A DNA stretch of 64,000 nt, taken from Campylobacterales bacterium. GTDB lineage: Bacteria > Campylobacterota > Campylobacteria > Campylobacterales > QNZT01. The translations under genes were made by a program, and so were the position numbers. This document shows, in pieces, positions 10,396 through 19,091 of this stretch. The notes under the pieces were generated by a model, which saw nothing but the letters and a program-made list of their open reading frames with translations, did not search any database and had not been told where the DNA came from. The stretch is from the NCBI GenBank assembly GCA_027084135.1, contig JALWLO010000025.1, positions 3,026-67,025 on the forward strand, in the 5' to 3' direction. The first letter of the stretch is position 1. The number at the start of each line of letters is the position of its first letter.

Positions 10396-11723
10396 ATACC
10401 ATCGCCGCTATCTCTACACCCCACGGAGTAGGGGGGATCTCTATCGTACGAGTCAGCGGAGATAAGGCGTTGGAGATAGCGCTGAAGGTGACAAAAAGAG
10501 AATCTCTCAAACCCAGATACGCTACTCTTTCAAAAATCTACGCAAACGGTGAACTTATCGATGAGGGGATAGTCATCTACTTCAAAGCACCCAATAGCTT
10601 TACCGGTGAAGATATCGTCGAGTTTCAGTGTCATGGTGGCGTAACGGTGAGTTCACTAGTACTAAAGGCACTGATAAATGAGGGTGCAAGAGCCGCTAGA
10701 GCAGGGGAGTTTAGTAAACGAGCGGTACTAAGCGGTAAAATGGATGCCTCCAAAGCGCTCGCTGTTGCGAAGATGATCGAGACAAAGAGTGAAGATGGGG
10801 TAAAGCTTATTGCAAAACACTTAAGAGGCGATCTCGGTGAATTTGTCAATCAATTAAGAGAAGAACTGGTCACGACGCTGGCATATGTGGAAGTCAATAT
10901 CGACTATGCGGAAGAGGATCTGCCATCAAACTTGATAGAACAGATCAAAAAGAGACTTAGTACTAATAGTCAAAAGATAGCAAATATCTTAAGGGTGAGT
11001 AAAAATAGGGAAGGGTTGATAGAGGGTTTTAGGATATCCATCATCGGTAAACCGAATGTCGGAAAGAGTTCACTACTCAATACCCTCCTCTCCTATGAGA
11101 GGGCAATCATCTCCGATATCGCCGGTACTACAAGAGATACGATCGAGGAGGAGATCAAGATCGGTAGCCATTTGGTGAGATTTGTCGATACGGCGGGCAT
11201 AAGAGACTCTAGTGATAAAATAGAAGCGATCGGTATCGAGAGAAGTAAAAAAGCCGTAGAAGAGAGCGATATCGTCATCGCTCTTTTTGATAACAGCAGG
11301 GTATTTGACAAAGATGATGAAGAGATCCTCCATCTCATTCAAAAATATAAAAGTAGTAAAAGGGTAATTGTCGCTATCAATAAGTGTGATCTAGAGCCAA
11401 AATTCAATAGAGAAGTAATCAGTGAGAAGTTTATAGAGATATCAAGAGAGGATATCTCACCACTTATTGATAGAGTTGAGGAGATTTTAGATAGCAGTGT
11501 CGAAGCGGATGAGTTGGTGCTCATCTCAAATTGGCAAGTTGATTTGGCTAGCAGAGCAAAAGAGGCGATCGATAGAGCTAGTAATCTATTAGATAGCGGA
11601 GAGCTTGAGCTATTTGCTTTCGAGATCAATGAAGCGATAGATGCCATCTCTCAAATCTCAAAACCCTTTGATAGAGATGAGATACTAGATAGCATGTTTG
11701 GTGAGTTTTGTTTAGGTAAGTAG
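10392..11723 (+). CDS. mnmE: tRNA modification GTPase MnmE (start codon uncertain, probably ATA at 10392)
   Basis: N-terminal DTIAAISTPHGVGGISIVRVSG, G-domain GKPNVGKSSLLN and DTAGIR, C-terminal CLGK. The conserved N-terminus lies upstream of the track's TTG at 10470, and the frame opens after a TGA at 10386-10388. Confidence 0.92.
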   Translation: MDTIAAISTPHGVGGISIVRVSGDKALEIALKVTKRESLKPRYATLSKIYANGELIDEGIVIYFKAPNSFTGEDIVEFQCHGGVTVSSLVLKALINEGARAARAGEFSKRAVLSGKMDASKALAVAKMIETKSEDGVKLIAKHLRGDLGEFVNQLREELVTTLAYVEVNIDYAEEDLPSNLIEQIKKRLSTNSQKIANILRVSKNREGLIEGFRISIIGKPNVGKSSLLNTLLSYERAIISDIAGTTRDTIEEEIKIGSHLVRFVDTAGIRDSSDKIEAIGIERSKKAVEESDIVIALFDNSRVFDKDDEEILHLIQKYKSSKRVIVAINKCDLEPKFNREVISEKFIEISREDISPLIDRVEEILDSSVEADELVLISNWQVDLASRAKEAIDRASNLLDSGELELFAFEINEAIDAISQISKPFDRDEILDSMFGEFCLGK

Positions 11724-11843
11724 CGTTTTAGTACTAAACGGGATTTATGTGGGTTGAGCGTAGCTATTTTTGCAAGAGAGTAAAAAATCAATATTGGTTA
11801 ACATAATATATATTATCTTGAAAATAGTCCTGTTTCTATATAT

Positions 11844-11861
11844 AAGCCCCTCTCGGGACTT
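11844..11861 (-). terminator. Weak stem-loop just after the kbp stop
   Basis: On the minus strand AAGUCCC-GAGA-GGGGCUU (7 bp including one U.G) followed by UAUAUAUAG. The U-tract is weak, so termination efficiency is uncertain. Confidence 0.4.
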
Positions 11862-11872
11862 ATAACTCAAAC

Positions 11873-12316
11873 TTACGCTACAAAATTGGGTATTCTAATC
11901 ATCTGTCCCGGATAGATAAGGTCTGGGTCTTTGATAACCTCTCTGTTTGCCTCAAAGATCTCTTTATATCTAGAGCCATCTTTATAGTATATCTCCGCGA
12001 TTCTCCAGAGAGTATCACCTTTTTGAACCTCATAGAAGATATCGTCAAGTGTCTGCGGCTCCTCCACCTCTAACTCATCGGCATTGACTTTAGAGATACC
12101 CTCTACATTTCCGGCGATCAATGCAGCCTTTGCTTTATCGGCGGCAGTTTTCGCCTTTCCTTTTAGGATAACCGTATCTCCCTCGACAACCACATCCAAG
12201 TTCTCGATCGGCATCGTTTCGTTATGCTCTTCGATCTCACTCTTGATAGCCTCATTGTCATCACCCTTGCCGAGCAGTTTCTTACCCGCCTCTTTGACAA
12301 AATCAAAAAAACCCAT
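11873..12316 (-). CDS. kbp: BON + LysM domain protein (K+-binding protein Kbp/YgaU-like)
   Basis: N-terminus MGFFDFVKEAGKKLLG resembles E. coli YgaU/Kbp. C-terminal LysM (YEVQKGDTLWRIAEIYYKDGSRYKEIFEAN...IYPGQMIRIP). Confidence 0.75.
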   Translation of the reverse strand: MGFFDFVKEAGKKLLGKGDDNEAIKSEIEEHNETMPIENLDVVVEGDTVILKGKAKTAADKAKAALIAGNVEGISKVNADELEVEEPQTLDDIFYEVQKGDTLWRIAEIYYKDGSRYKEIFEANREVIKDPDLIYPGQMIRIPNFVA

Positions 12317-12359
12317 TTTTCCTCCTTTTTGTTGTGTTCAACGATATTGTATAACAAAT

Positions 12360-12890
12360 TTATTTACTTTTTGGTCTAAATACCTCTATCACATCCTCAT
12401 TTACCTCCATATAACTGCCGCCTATGAGATCGATACAGTACGGTATAGCTGGGAAAACCGCATCCAAACACTCTCTTATAGATTTCGGCTTGCCCGGAAG
12501 ATTTACGATGAGTGAGCGATTTCTTATCCCCGCACTCTGTCTAGAGAGTATAGCTGTCGGGACATATTGTAAACTCACACTCCTCATAAGCTCTCCAAAT
12601 CCCGGTAGCATCTTTTGGCAAACATTTTCAGTAGCTTCAGGGGTAACATCCCTCGGAGCCGGTCCCGTTCCACCGGTCGTAATGATCAAGTCACACCCAA
12701 GCTCCTCAAGTTCTATAAGCGTCTTTTCGATAAGCTCCTGCTCATCGGCGATACATCGATACTCTATGATAAGCTCATTTTTGAGATACTCCCTTAGAGT
12801 CTCTTCTATCGCTTTTCCTGAGATATCCTCATATATACCTTTACTTGCTCTATCCGAAGCTGTTACAACGCCAACCTTTACGGTATCCAT
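12360..12890 (-). CDS. mog: Molybdopterin adenylyltransferase MogA
   Basis: 176 aa. MoaB/Mog fold motifs VVTASDRAS, DLIITTGGTGPAPRDVTPEAT, PGKPKS. Confidence 0.87.
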   Translation of the reverse strand: MDTVKVGVVTASDRASKGIYEDISGKAIEETLREYLKNELIIEYRCIADEQELIEKTLIELEELGCDLIITTGGTGPAPRDVTPEATENVCQKMLPGFGELMRSVSLQYVPTAILSRQSAGIRNRSLIVNLPGKPKSIRECLDAVFPAIPYCIDLIGGSYMEVNEDVIEVFRPKSK

Positions 12891-13393
12891 AGTGTATGAC
12901 CTCCCCTCTTTTGTCTAACTATCGTTGCAAACTCCTCAAAGAAGTTTACCACTTCATCTGTATCGACTATTATATCATCATCCGCCACATAAACCTCTAT
13001 CAAAACTCCCCGATCTCTTAACCTTTCCAAATCCTTCCCCTTATATCGATAGTTTAGTAGCATCTCCAACGCTTCATAACTACCGCCGCTAGAGTATCTG
13101 TTTAAATCCCTATCGGAGGGATAGGAGATGTTTTTTAAAAAGTTTTCGATATATCGATCTTTATCCCTTTTGAAGTGCAAAAGTTGCAATCGCCTAAACT
13201 TCTCATCTTTATGTTGAAAAAATGCGGGAGAGAGGAGTTGCAGTCTATCCACCCTACTCTCACACTTTAGTGCAAACTCTACAGCCTCAATAGCCCCTTT
13301 GCTAAAACCGGCCACACAAAACGCACTCCTATCCAAGAAAGTATCAAAGAGACCCTCTTCACCCTTGAGTGCAAAACCACTAAAGAAGTTCAT
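12878..13393 (-). CDS. Small alpha/beta-hydrolase, possibly a BioV/BioG-type pimeloyl-ACP methyl ester esterase
   Basis: 171 aa with GxSxG-like GFSKG and a C-terminal GGH. It sits next to an FtsH paralog and an MtaB-like gene, an arrangement I recall from H. pylori HP0285-HP0287 (HP0287 = BioV). The function is inferred from synteny only. Confidence 0.4.
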   Translation of the reverse strand: MNFFSGFALKGEEGLFDTFLDRSAFCVAGFSKGAIEAVEFALKCESRVDRLQLLSPAFFQHKDEKFRRLQLLHFKRDKDRYIENFLKNISYPSDRDLNRYSSGGSYEALEMLLNYRYKGKDLERLRDRGVLIEVYVADDDIIVDTDEVVNFFEEFATIVRQKRGGHTLWIP

Positions 13394-15062
13394 CGCAAAC
13401 CTCTTTTATCTCCTCTTTGCTTGCAATTTCACGCACTATCAATATCTCCGAGATTCTGTTGAGAGCCTGCTTCGATCGCTCGAGAAACTCTCTTACATCT
13501 TCCATCGCATGTTCAAGTAGCGATTGGCTATCTATCGTTGAGCCAAAAAGATCGTCGCCCATACCATACTCATCAACCATCTTAAGCGCCAAGCTCTTTG
13601 CCTCTTTGATATCACCCTTTGCTATCGAGAAGAGATCATCATAGTTGAGCTTTGTGGCAACCATACCGCTTAGATAGACCTTCAATCGGTTTAGCATATC
13701 ACTCTTTGACGCTATCTCCTCTTTCGCGTCGTTTAGCCGCATCTCCAGAAGCCCTACCCTATCAAAATCGACTCCATACCAATAGGCACTAAGCGCCTTT
13801 GCCCCATGATAAAGCGCCAAGATCTCCTTTTCACTCTTTGAGTAACTTTTTTTTAACCTTTTTCCAAAAAGCACCTTATCCTTCACCGCTAAAAAATCTT
13901 CAAGCTCTATCCTCTTTTTGCCGATTTTGAGTGCATGTATCGCCGCCTCATTGACGAGTGTCGCAAGTGCCGCTCCGGAAAATCCAACAGTAATCTCCGC
14001 AAGTTTCCTGCTATCGACTTGGTGAGGTTTCTCTTTGAGATGAACATCCAAGATCTTGGCTCTCTGCTCAATATTTGGAAGTACTATATAGACCCTTCTA
14101 TCAAATCTACCCGCTCTCAAAAGTGCACTATCTAGAGACTCTATTTTATTGGTCGCGGCTATCACGACCACATTTGAACTATCCTCAAAGCCGTCCATCT
14201 CCGTTAAGAGTTGATTTAGCGTCGCCTCTCTCTCATCGTTTTGACCGTAGCCTCCCCTACTCTTACCCACAGCGTCTATCTCATCGATAAAGATGATTGA
14301 GGGTGCATTTCTTTTAGCACTTTGAAAGAGCTCACTCACCCTCTTTGCACCCATACCGACATAGATATGAACAAACGATGCCGCACTCTGATAAAAAAAG
14401 GGAACTCCCGCCTCTCCGGCGACCGCTTTGGCAATAAGCGTTTTACCCACACCCGGAGGTCCCACCAAAAGCACCCCTTTAGGGAGTTTGATACCAAAAT
14501 CGAGATACTTTTTGGGCTCCTTCAAAAAGTCGACGATCTCTTTTAACTCATCCTCTACACTCTCAATACCGGCAACATCATCAAAGGTCACTTCGCTCTT
14601 AACGGGAAGGACTCTCTTTTGAAATTCACCCTCATATGCGTAGGAGTGCTCCAGATCTCTCTTTGGATCTCTCTCTTTAGTACTAAGACTGTTTTTGGTC
14701 TCAAGATATCTTTGGAGAAGCTGAGAAGTGATGATAAAGGTGAGGAGAAAAAGGAGTATGGCAAAGAGATATATCAAATAGTTGTCGTAATCATCCGCCA
14801 CCTTTACCGGTGCAACTTCGAGTAACTGTTTAAAATCGACACCGTCGATAATCATAGAGTAGTGGTGGTGATCCTTTGTCTCAAGTATCACCTCTTGCCC
14901 AACAACCTTTGCACTATCAATCATGCGCTTTTCAAGAAGTTCATTGTATCTATCGTAGCCTACCGGAGTAATGGAGCTTTTTGTGTAGTAGAGATAGGAG
15001 ATGAGCAGTAAAAGTAAAAAGAGTATGAGGCTCAAAAAACTTTTCGTACTAAATTTTTGCAA
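13380..15062 (-). CDS. FtsH-family AAA+ ATPase lacking the HEXXH zinc-protease motif
   Basis: N-terminal TM helices, Walker A GPPGVGKT, Walker B IIFIDEIDA, SRH ATNKIESLDSALLRAGRFDRRV. At the position of the FtsH HEAGHA motif the sequence reads LYHGAKAL. Confidence 0.85.
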   Translation of the reverse strand: MQKFSTKSFLSLILFLLLLLISYLYYTKSSITPVGYDRYNELLEKRMIDSAKVVGQEVILETKDHHHYSMIIDGVDFKQLLEVAPVKVADDYDNYLIYLFAILLFLLTFIITSQLLQRYLETKNSLSTKERDPKRDLEHSYAYEGEFQKRVLPVKSEVTFDDVAGIESVEDELKEIVDFLKEPKKYLDFGIKLPKGVLLVGPPGVGKTLIAKAVAGEAGVPFFYQSAASFVHIYVGMGAKRVSELFQSAKRNAPSIIFIDEIDAVGKSRGGYGQNDEREATLNQLLTEMDGFEDSSNVVVIAATNKIESLDSALLRAGRFDRRVYIVLPNIEQRAKILDVHLKEKPHQVDSRKLAEITVGFSGAALATLVNEAAIHALKIGKKRIELEDFLAVKDKVLFGKRLKKSYSKSEKEILALYHGAKALSAYWYGVDFDRVGLLEMRLNDAKEEIASKSDMLNRLKVYLSGMVATKLNYDDLFSIAKGDIKEAKSLALKMVDEYGMGDDLFGSTIDSQSLLEHAMEDVREFLERSKQALNRISEILIVREIASKEEIKEVCDELL

Positions 15063-16299
15063 AATTGCCCTCCATCGTCACATCAAACTTCTCTATAACA
15101 ACCCACTCCTTTTGGAGATCTAAATCGCTTCGGATAAAGACCTTGTTGAAAAATTGATCATAACCGACTTGATAATCCCCCTTCCTCTCCTCAACGAGTA
15201 CCGTTAGCGGCTCTTTGATCTCTTTTCTAAATTTAAAATTTTGTTTCTCTACATGCTCCTGCAATATCTTCAATCGCGCTTTTGCCTTATCCCCACTAAC
15301 CTCCTCTTTCAAGGTTGCCGCATGGGTACCCTCTCTCTTGCTGAAAGTAAATGCATGGATATGTGTGATGGGAAAGCGTTTGAAATTTTCAAGTCCATCC
15401 TCCCATCTCTCTTTACTCTCACCCGGGTGACCGGTTATAAAATCAGTACCAAGGGCAAAGTCTTTAGAAGCGATCTCTTCAAAGAGAGCCAGATCTCGCT
15501 CAAGATCATTGCGTCGTCGCATGATTTTGAGCATCTCTTTGTTGGTATGTTGAAGGGCGATGTGTAGATGCTTCTCAAGCCAATGCTCTCCAAGTAGCTC
15601 CTTAAACTCATCATCGATCTGCACCGGTTCAAGTGAACCGAGCCGGATTCGTTTTACTCCCTTTATCTGTGAAATTTTTTTCAAAAGCTTCGCTATGGAA
15701 GTTTCTTTATCCTTACCGTAACTTCCGATATTTGTACCCGTTAGTACAAACTCACCGTAGCCGTTAGACGCCAGCTTTTGGACCTGCTCTAATATGCGCC
15801 TCTCATCTTGACTTCTTGCCCTGCCTCTAACCGATGGGATGATGCAGTAGGAGCAGTTGAAGTCACACCCCTCCTGTATCTTGATAAAAGCCTTGGTTCT
15901 CGAGGCGAAATCAGTCACGATCTCCTCATCGATACTTTCTAGATCACCGATCTCGGCAAAGTGCTCCTCTCTTTTTAAAAGCGAGTTGATCTCACCCTTT
16001 TTAGAGTGTCCGAAAAACCCAAATATCTTTCCACTCTCTAAAAGCTCTTCACCTTTGCTGATCGCTCCGCAACCGGCTAGTATGACTCTCTTTCCCGCTC
16101 TGTTTTGTGCGTTGATATAGCTTCTAGTACTAGAGTCTGCACCGTTGGTTACAGTACAGGAGTTGACCACAACGATATCCGCTTCATGCTCACTTTCAAC
16201 GATCTCAAAATCTTTGAGTTTTTGCATCATGATGTTAGAGTCGTAGATATTGGTTCTGCAACCGAAAGTTTTAAGATAGACTCTCTTTTTCACCCTCAT
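15049..16299 (-). CDS. mtaB: Radical-SAM methylthiotransferase, MtaB/MiaB-like
   Basis: UPF0004 N-domain (YLKTFGCRTNIYDS), radical-SAM CDFNCSYC, C-terminal TRAM-like region. The MtaB versus MiaB/RimO choice is tentative. Confidence 0.75.
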   Translation of the reverse strand: MRVKKRVYLKTFGCRTNIYDSNIMMQKLKDFEIVESEHEADIVVVNSCTVTNGADSSTRSYINAQNRAGKRVILAGCGAISKGEELLESGKIFGFFGHSKKGEINSLLKREEHFAEIGDLESIDEEIVTDFASRTKAFIKIQEGCDFNCSYCIIPSVRGRARSQDERRILEQVQKLASNGYGEFVLTGTNIGSYGKDKETSIAKLLKKISQIKGVKRIRLGSLEPVQIDDEFKELLGEHWLEKHLHIALQHTNKEMLKIMRRRNDLERDLALFEEIASKDFALGTDFITGHPGESKERWEDGLENFKRFPITHIHAFTFSKREGTHAATLKEEVSGDKAKARLKILQEHVEKQNFKFRKEIKEPLTVLVEERKGDYQVGYDQFFNKVFIRSDLDLQKEWVVIEKFDVTMEGNFAKI

Positions 16300-17989
16300 C
16301 CCTTAGATCTTTTGGAAGCTCCCTATCCCTCTTGATATTGACGACATGAGTCTCGTAGGCGATCTTGATATCATCCTCTTTGCTCAACTCATCGATAATT
16401 TGTGCGGAGATATTGCTTCTGAGCGTCAAAGCCGCATAGGAGTTTGTCATATACCAGCAACTAATGGTGATACCGTACTTTTCAATGAAGGTATAGATCC
16501 TTGGTTCAACATTGATATTTTTGAGAGAGTATTGGTTTCTGAGTAGATTGAGCTGCTTTCTTGAGATATCGGTATACCCTTTTGAGTACTTCTTAACAAT
16601 ACTTTTAATAATATGAACTGCCTTCTTATGGTTGGAGTCAAATGTTATCGTAACATCGATACCGTCCCAAACCGTTTTGATTTTTCCATGGGTATAGTTT
16701 GCTAAAAGCTCCGTAAAGACATAGTTATTTGGAACAAATACGATCCTTCCGGATCTTCTATTTTCAACATAGGTTGTGAGGGTTACATCCTCTAAGATCG
16801 TCATCCTCAAAAAGGAGATATCGACGATATCTCCGACATAGGATTTCCCCCCTTTATAGACCTTTATCCTATCTCCGACATGAAAACTTCCGCCAAAGAC
16901 AATCACAAACCAACCAAGAAGCGACATAAAGAGATCTTTCATCGCGATCGCGATACCGGCGGAAGCAAATCCTAAAATCGTCACAAAGTAGGTAGCATTT
17001 TCTAAAAATGAGAAGAGTAAAACAAGCGAAATCAGCGCTAAGTTTGTAAAGTTGATTACTTTATGTGCCATATAGTAGCGTTGGTTATCGCTGATTGTCT
17101 TTTTGGCGAAAAACTTAAAGAGAAACGAGAGCAGAAGGATAAAGATGATCATCAAAAAGATATTGAAGAGCTTTTTGAACTGCTCTTTGATATCGTTTGT
17201 CACTTTATGGATCGTCTCTTGAACCTTTTTGTTATAAACCTTATTTGTAGAGTTTGCGATATCATAAGAGGCGATGATCTCATCTAATTCTCTTCTTATC
17301 TCTTGACGCAAATCCTTTCTATAGTTATCGCCCAATATTTTGCTAAGGGAGGTCAGTATCTTATCCTTCTCCTCAAGTGTATTGATAAGAGAGAGTAGAG
17401 ATTTGATCTCTTTAGTGTACTCATCACTCTCTTTTTTGAGCTTTTTGATATAGGTAAAGGCTTTAAAGATACTAAAGGGAGAGTCAACTTTCGGTGCCGG
17501 TTTGATATCTTGCGGCTTTGTAAGATACTCAAACGGCGGTTTGCTGAAATCCTCCAGCAGAGCTATCTGATTTTGAAGCGATTTCTCTTGAATCTTGAGA
17601 TCGGGCAACTCATTTTCATGATGAAAAATTTTCGCTTTTGAGATCTTCTCCTCCACCTCTTTGAGCGTCTTTTTGAGTTGCAGATAGGTTTGATGGTTGT
17701 TGTATCTGGTGTACATGATATCGTTGCTTAGTCGCTTATCTATCTCTTCAAGCCTTTTACTTAGAAGCGCAACCTCTTTTCTCTTTTTCTCTATCTCCTC
17801 TTTGCTTACCTTTGGATGCGTTTTGTTTATTAAACTCTTTTTTGAACTGTTTGTTTCAGCCTCATCTTTGACAACTGTGACATGGCTGAGTGCTTTGCTA
17901 GAGTTGTGTTCGACATCTGCAGATAGGTAGCTAGTACTAAAGAGTAAAATAAAAAGCATAATTAAACTTTTCACCCTACCTCTCCACAA
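16271..17989 (-). CDS. Mechanosensitive ion channel (MscS family) with long N-terminal coiled-coil periplasmic domain
   Basis: Signal-like N-terminus, about 260 aa of K/E-rich coiled coil, TM helices, then an MscS beta-domain (GDRIKVYKGGKSYVGDIVDISFLRMTILED). Confidence 0.85.
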   Translation of the reverse strand: MWRGRVKSLIMLFILLFSTSYLSADVEHNSSKALSHVTVVKDEAETNSSKKSLINKTHPKVSKEEIEKKRKEVALLSKRLEEIDKRLSNDIMYTRYNNHQTYLQLKKTLKEVEEKISKAKIFHHENELPDLKIQEKSLQNQIALLEDFSKPPFEYLTKPQDIKPAPKVDSPFSIFKAFTYIKKLKKESDEYTKEIKSLLSLINTLEEKDKILTSLSKILGDNYRKDLRQEIRRELDEIIASYDIANSTNKVYNKKVQETIHKVTNDIKEQFKKLFNIFLMIIFILLLSFLFKFFAKKTISDNQRYYMAHKVINFTNLALISLVLLFSFLENATYFVTILGFASAGIAIAMKDLFMSLLGWFVIVFGGSFHVGDRIKVYKGGKSYVGDIVDISFLRMTILEDVTLTTYVENRRSGRIVFVPNNYVFTELLANYTHGKIKTVWDGIDVTITFDSNHKKAVHIIKSIVKKYSKGYTDISRKQLNLLRNQYSLKNINVEPRIYTFIEKYGITISCWYMTNSYAALTLRSNISAQIIDELSKEDDIKIAYETHVVNIKRDRELPKDLRDEGEKESLS

Positions 17990-19038
17990 CTAAATTTATC
18001 AAGCACCTTTAGTACTAACGCTTTATCAACACTATCTACTACCTTGTACTCTCCGATACCTTGAGGCAGTATGAATTTGATTTGATCCATCTTACTCTTC
18101 TTATCTAGGAAAAAGTGATCATAGAAGCTTAAAATATCAAAATCTTCATAACTTGTAGGTAGATCATAGCGCTTTAGAAGCCTCTCTATCCGCTTTGACT
18201 CCTCTTCACTTAAGAGTCCAAGTTGCATTGCTAGGTGATTTGCCATATTGATACCTATAGCTACAGCCTCCCCGTGAAGATACTTCGCATATCTTGTCAT
18301 ATTTTCTATAACATGGGCAAAGGTGTGACCATAATTTAATACAGCCCTAACCCCCTGCTCTTTTTCATCTTTTGCTACCACATCAGCTTTGATCTCAACC
18401 GCTCTTTTTATCGCGTATCTTAGATCCTCTTTTTGATGAAGATCGGCACTCTCCAGCCACTTAAAAAAACTTCTATCGAATGTCACGGCCATCTTCACGA
18501 TCTCCGCTACCCCCGCACCAAACTCTCTGGGAGGAAGCGTATCTAAAAAAGCGGTCTCTATATATACGGCTTGGGGTTGATAAAAGGCACCTATGAGATT
18601 TTTGCCGAAGTGGTTGTTGATACCTGTTTTGCCTCCCACACTGGCATCGACTTGGCTAAGGAGAGTGGTGGGTATCTGGATAAAATCGATACCCCTTTGA
18701 TAGATAGAGGCGGCAAAACCGCTCATATCCCCTATCACACCTCCGCCAAAGGCAATGATCTTGGAGCTTCTATCAAATCGATGGTTAAAGAGAGACTCCA
18801 AAATCAGATCAATACTCTCTTGATTTTTATACGCTTCGCCATCCGGAACGGTGATGATATATAGCTCTTTAGCGTTTATCGTTCGAAGCAGGGTCGAGAG
18901 ATGAAGTCCGGCAACTTTTGGATTGGTAATGATCGCTACTTTTGTATCAAATTCAAGTTTTTCCAACTCATCGATATAGATTGTGTAGTTGTTAGCTTCA
19001 CTCTTGATAAAATCTATAGAGACCTGCATGATACCCAT
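17971..19038 (-). CDS. aroB: 3-dehydroquinate synthase
   Basis: 355 aa. GGGVIGDMSGFAAS nucleotide-binding motif and the metal ligand region NYGHTFAH. Confidence 0.93.
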   Translation of the reverse strand: MGIMQVSIDFIKSEANNYTIYIDELEKLEFDTKVAIITNPKVAGLHLSTLLRTINAKELYIITVPDGEAYKNQESIDLILESLFNHRFDRSSKIIAFGGGVIGDMSGFAASIYQRGIDFIQIPTTLLSQVDASVGGKTGINNHFGKNLIGAFYQPQAVYIETAFLDTLPPREFGAGVAEIVKMAVTFDRSFFKWLESADLHQKEDLRYAIKRAVEIKADVVAKDEKEQGVRAVLNYGHTFAHVIENMTRYAKYLHGEAVAIGINMANHLAMQLGLLSEEESKRIERLLKRYDLPTSYEDFDILSFYDHFFLDKKSKMDQIKFILPQGIGEYKVVDSVDKALVLKVLDKFSCGEVG

Positions 19039-19091
19039 CCTACTAAAGCGCTTTTACTTGTTATAAAACTCTATTATACTTAAAATTTTTA

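Noticed and set aside
7240-11723. The rpmH-rnpA-yidD-yidC-jag-mnmE cluster as a marker of the replication origin.
   Set aside because: No dnaA or dnaN gene and no cluster of DnaA boxes (TTATCCACA-like) is visible nearby. In epsilonproteobacteria this cluster is not necessarily origin-linked.
11727-11738. TTAGTACTAA copies acting as hairpin terminators.
   Set aside because: A 10-nt palindrome can form at most 3-4 AU-rich pairs around a minimal loop, and most copies are inside genes. A structural terminator role is implausible.
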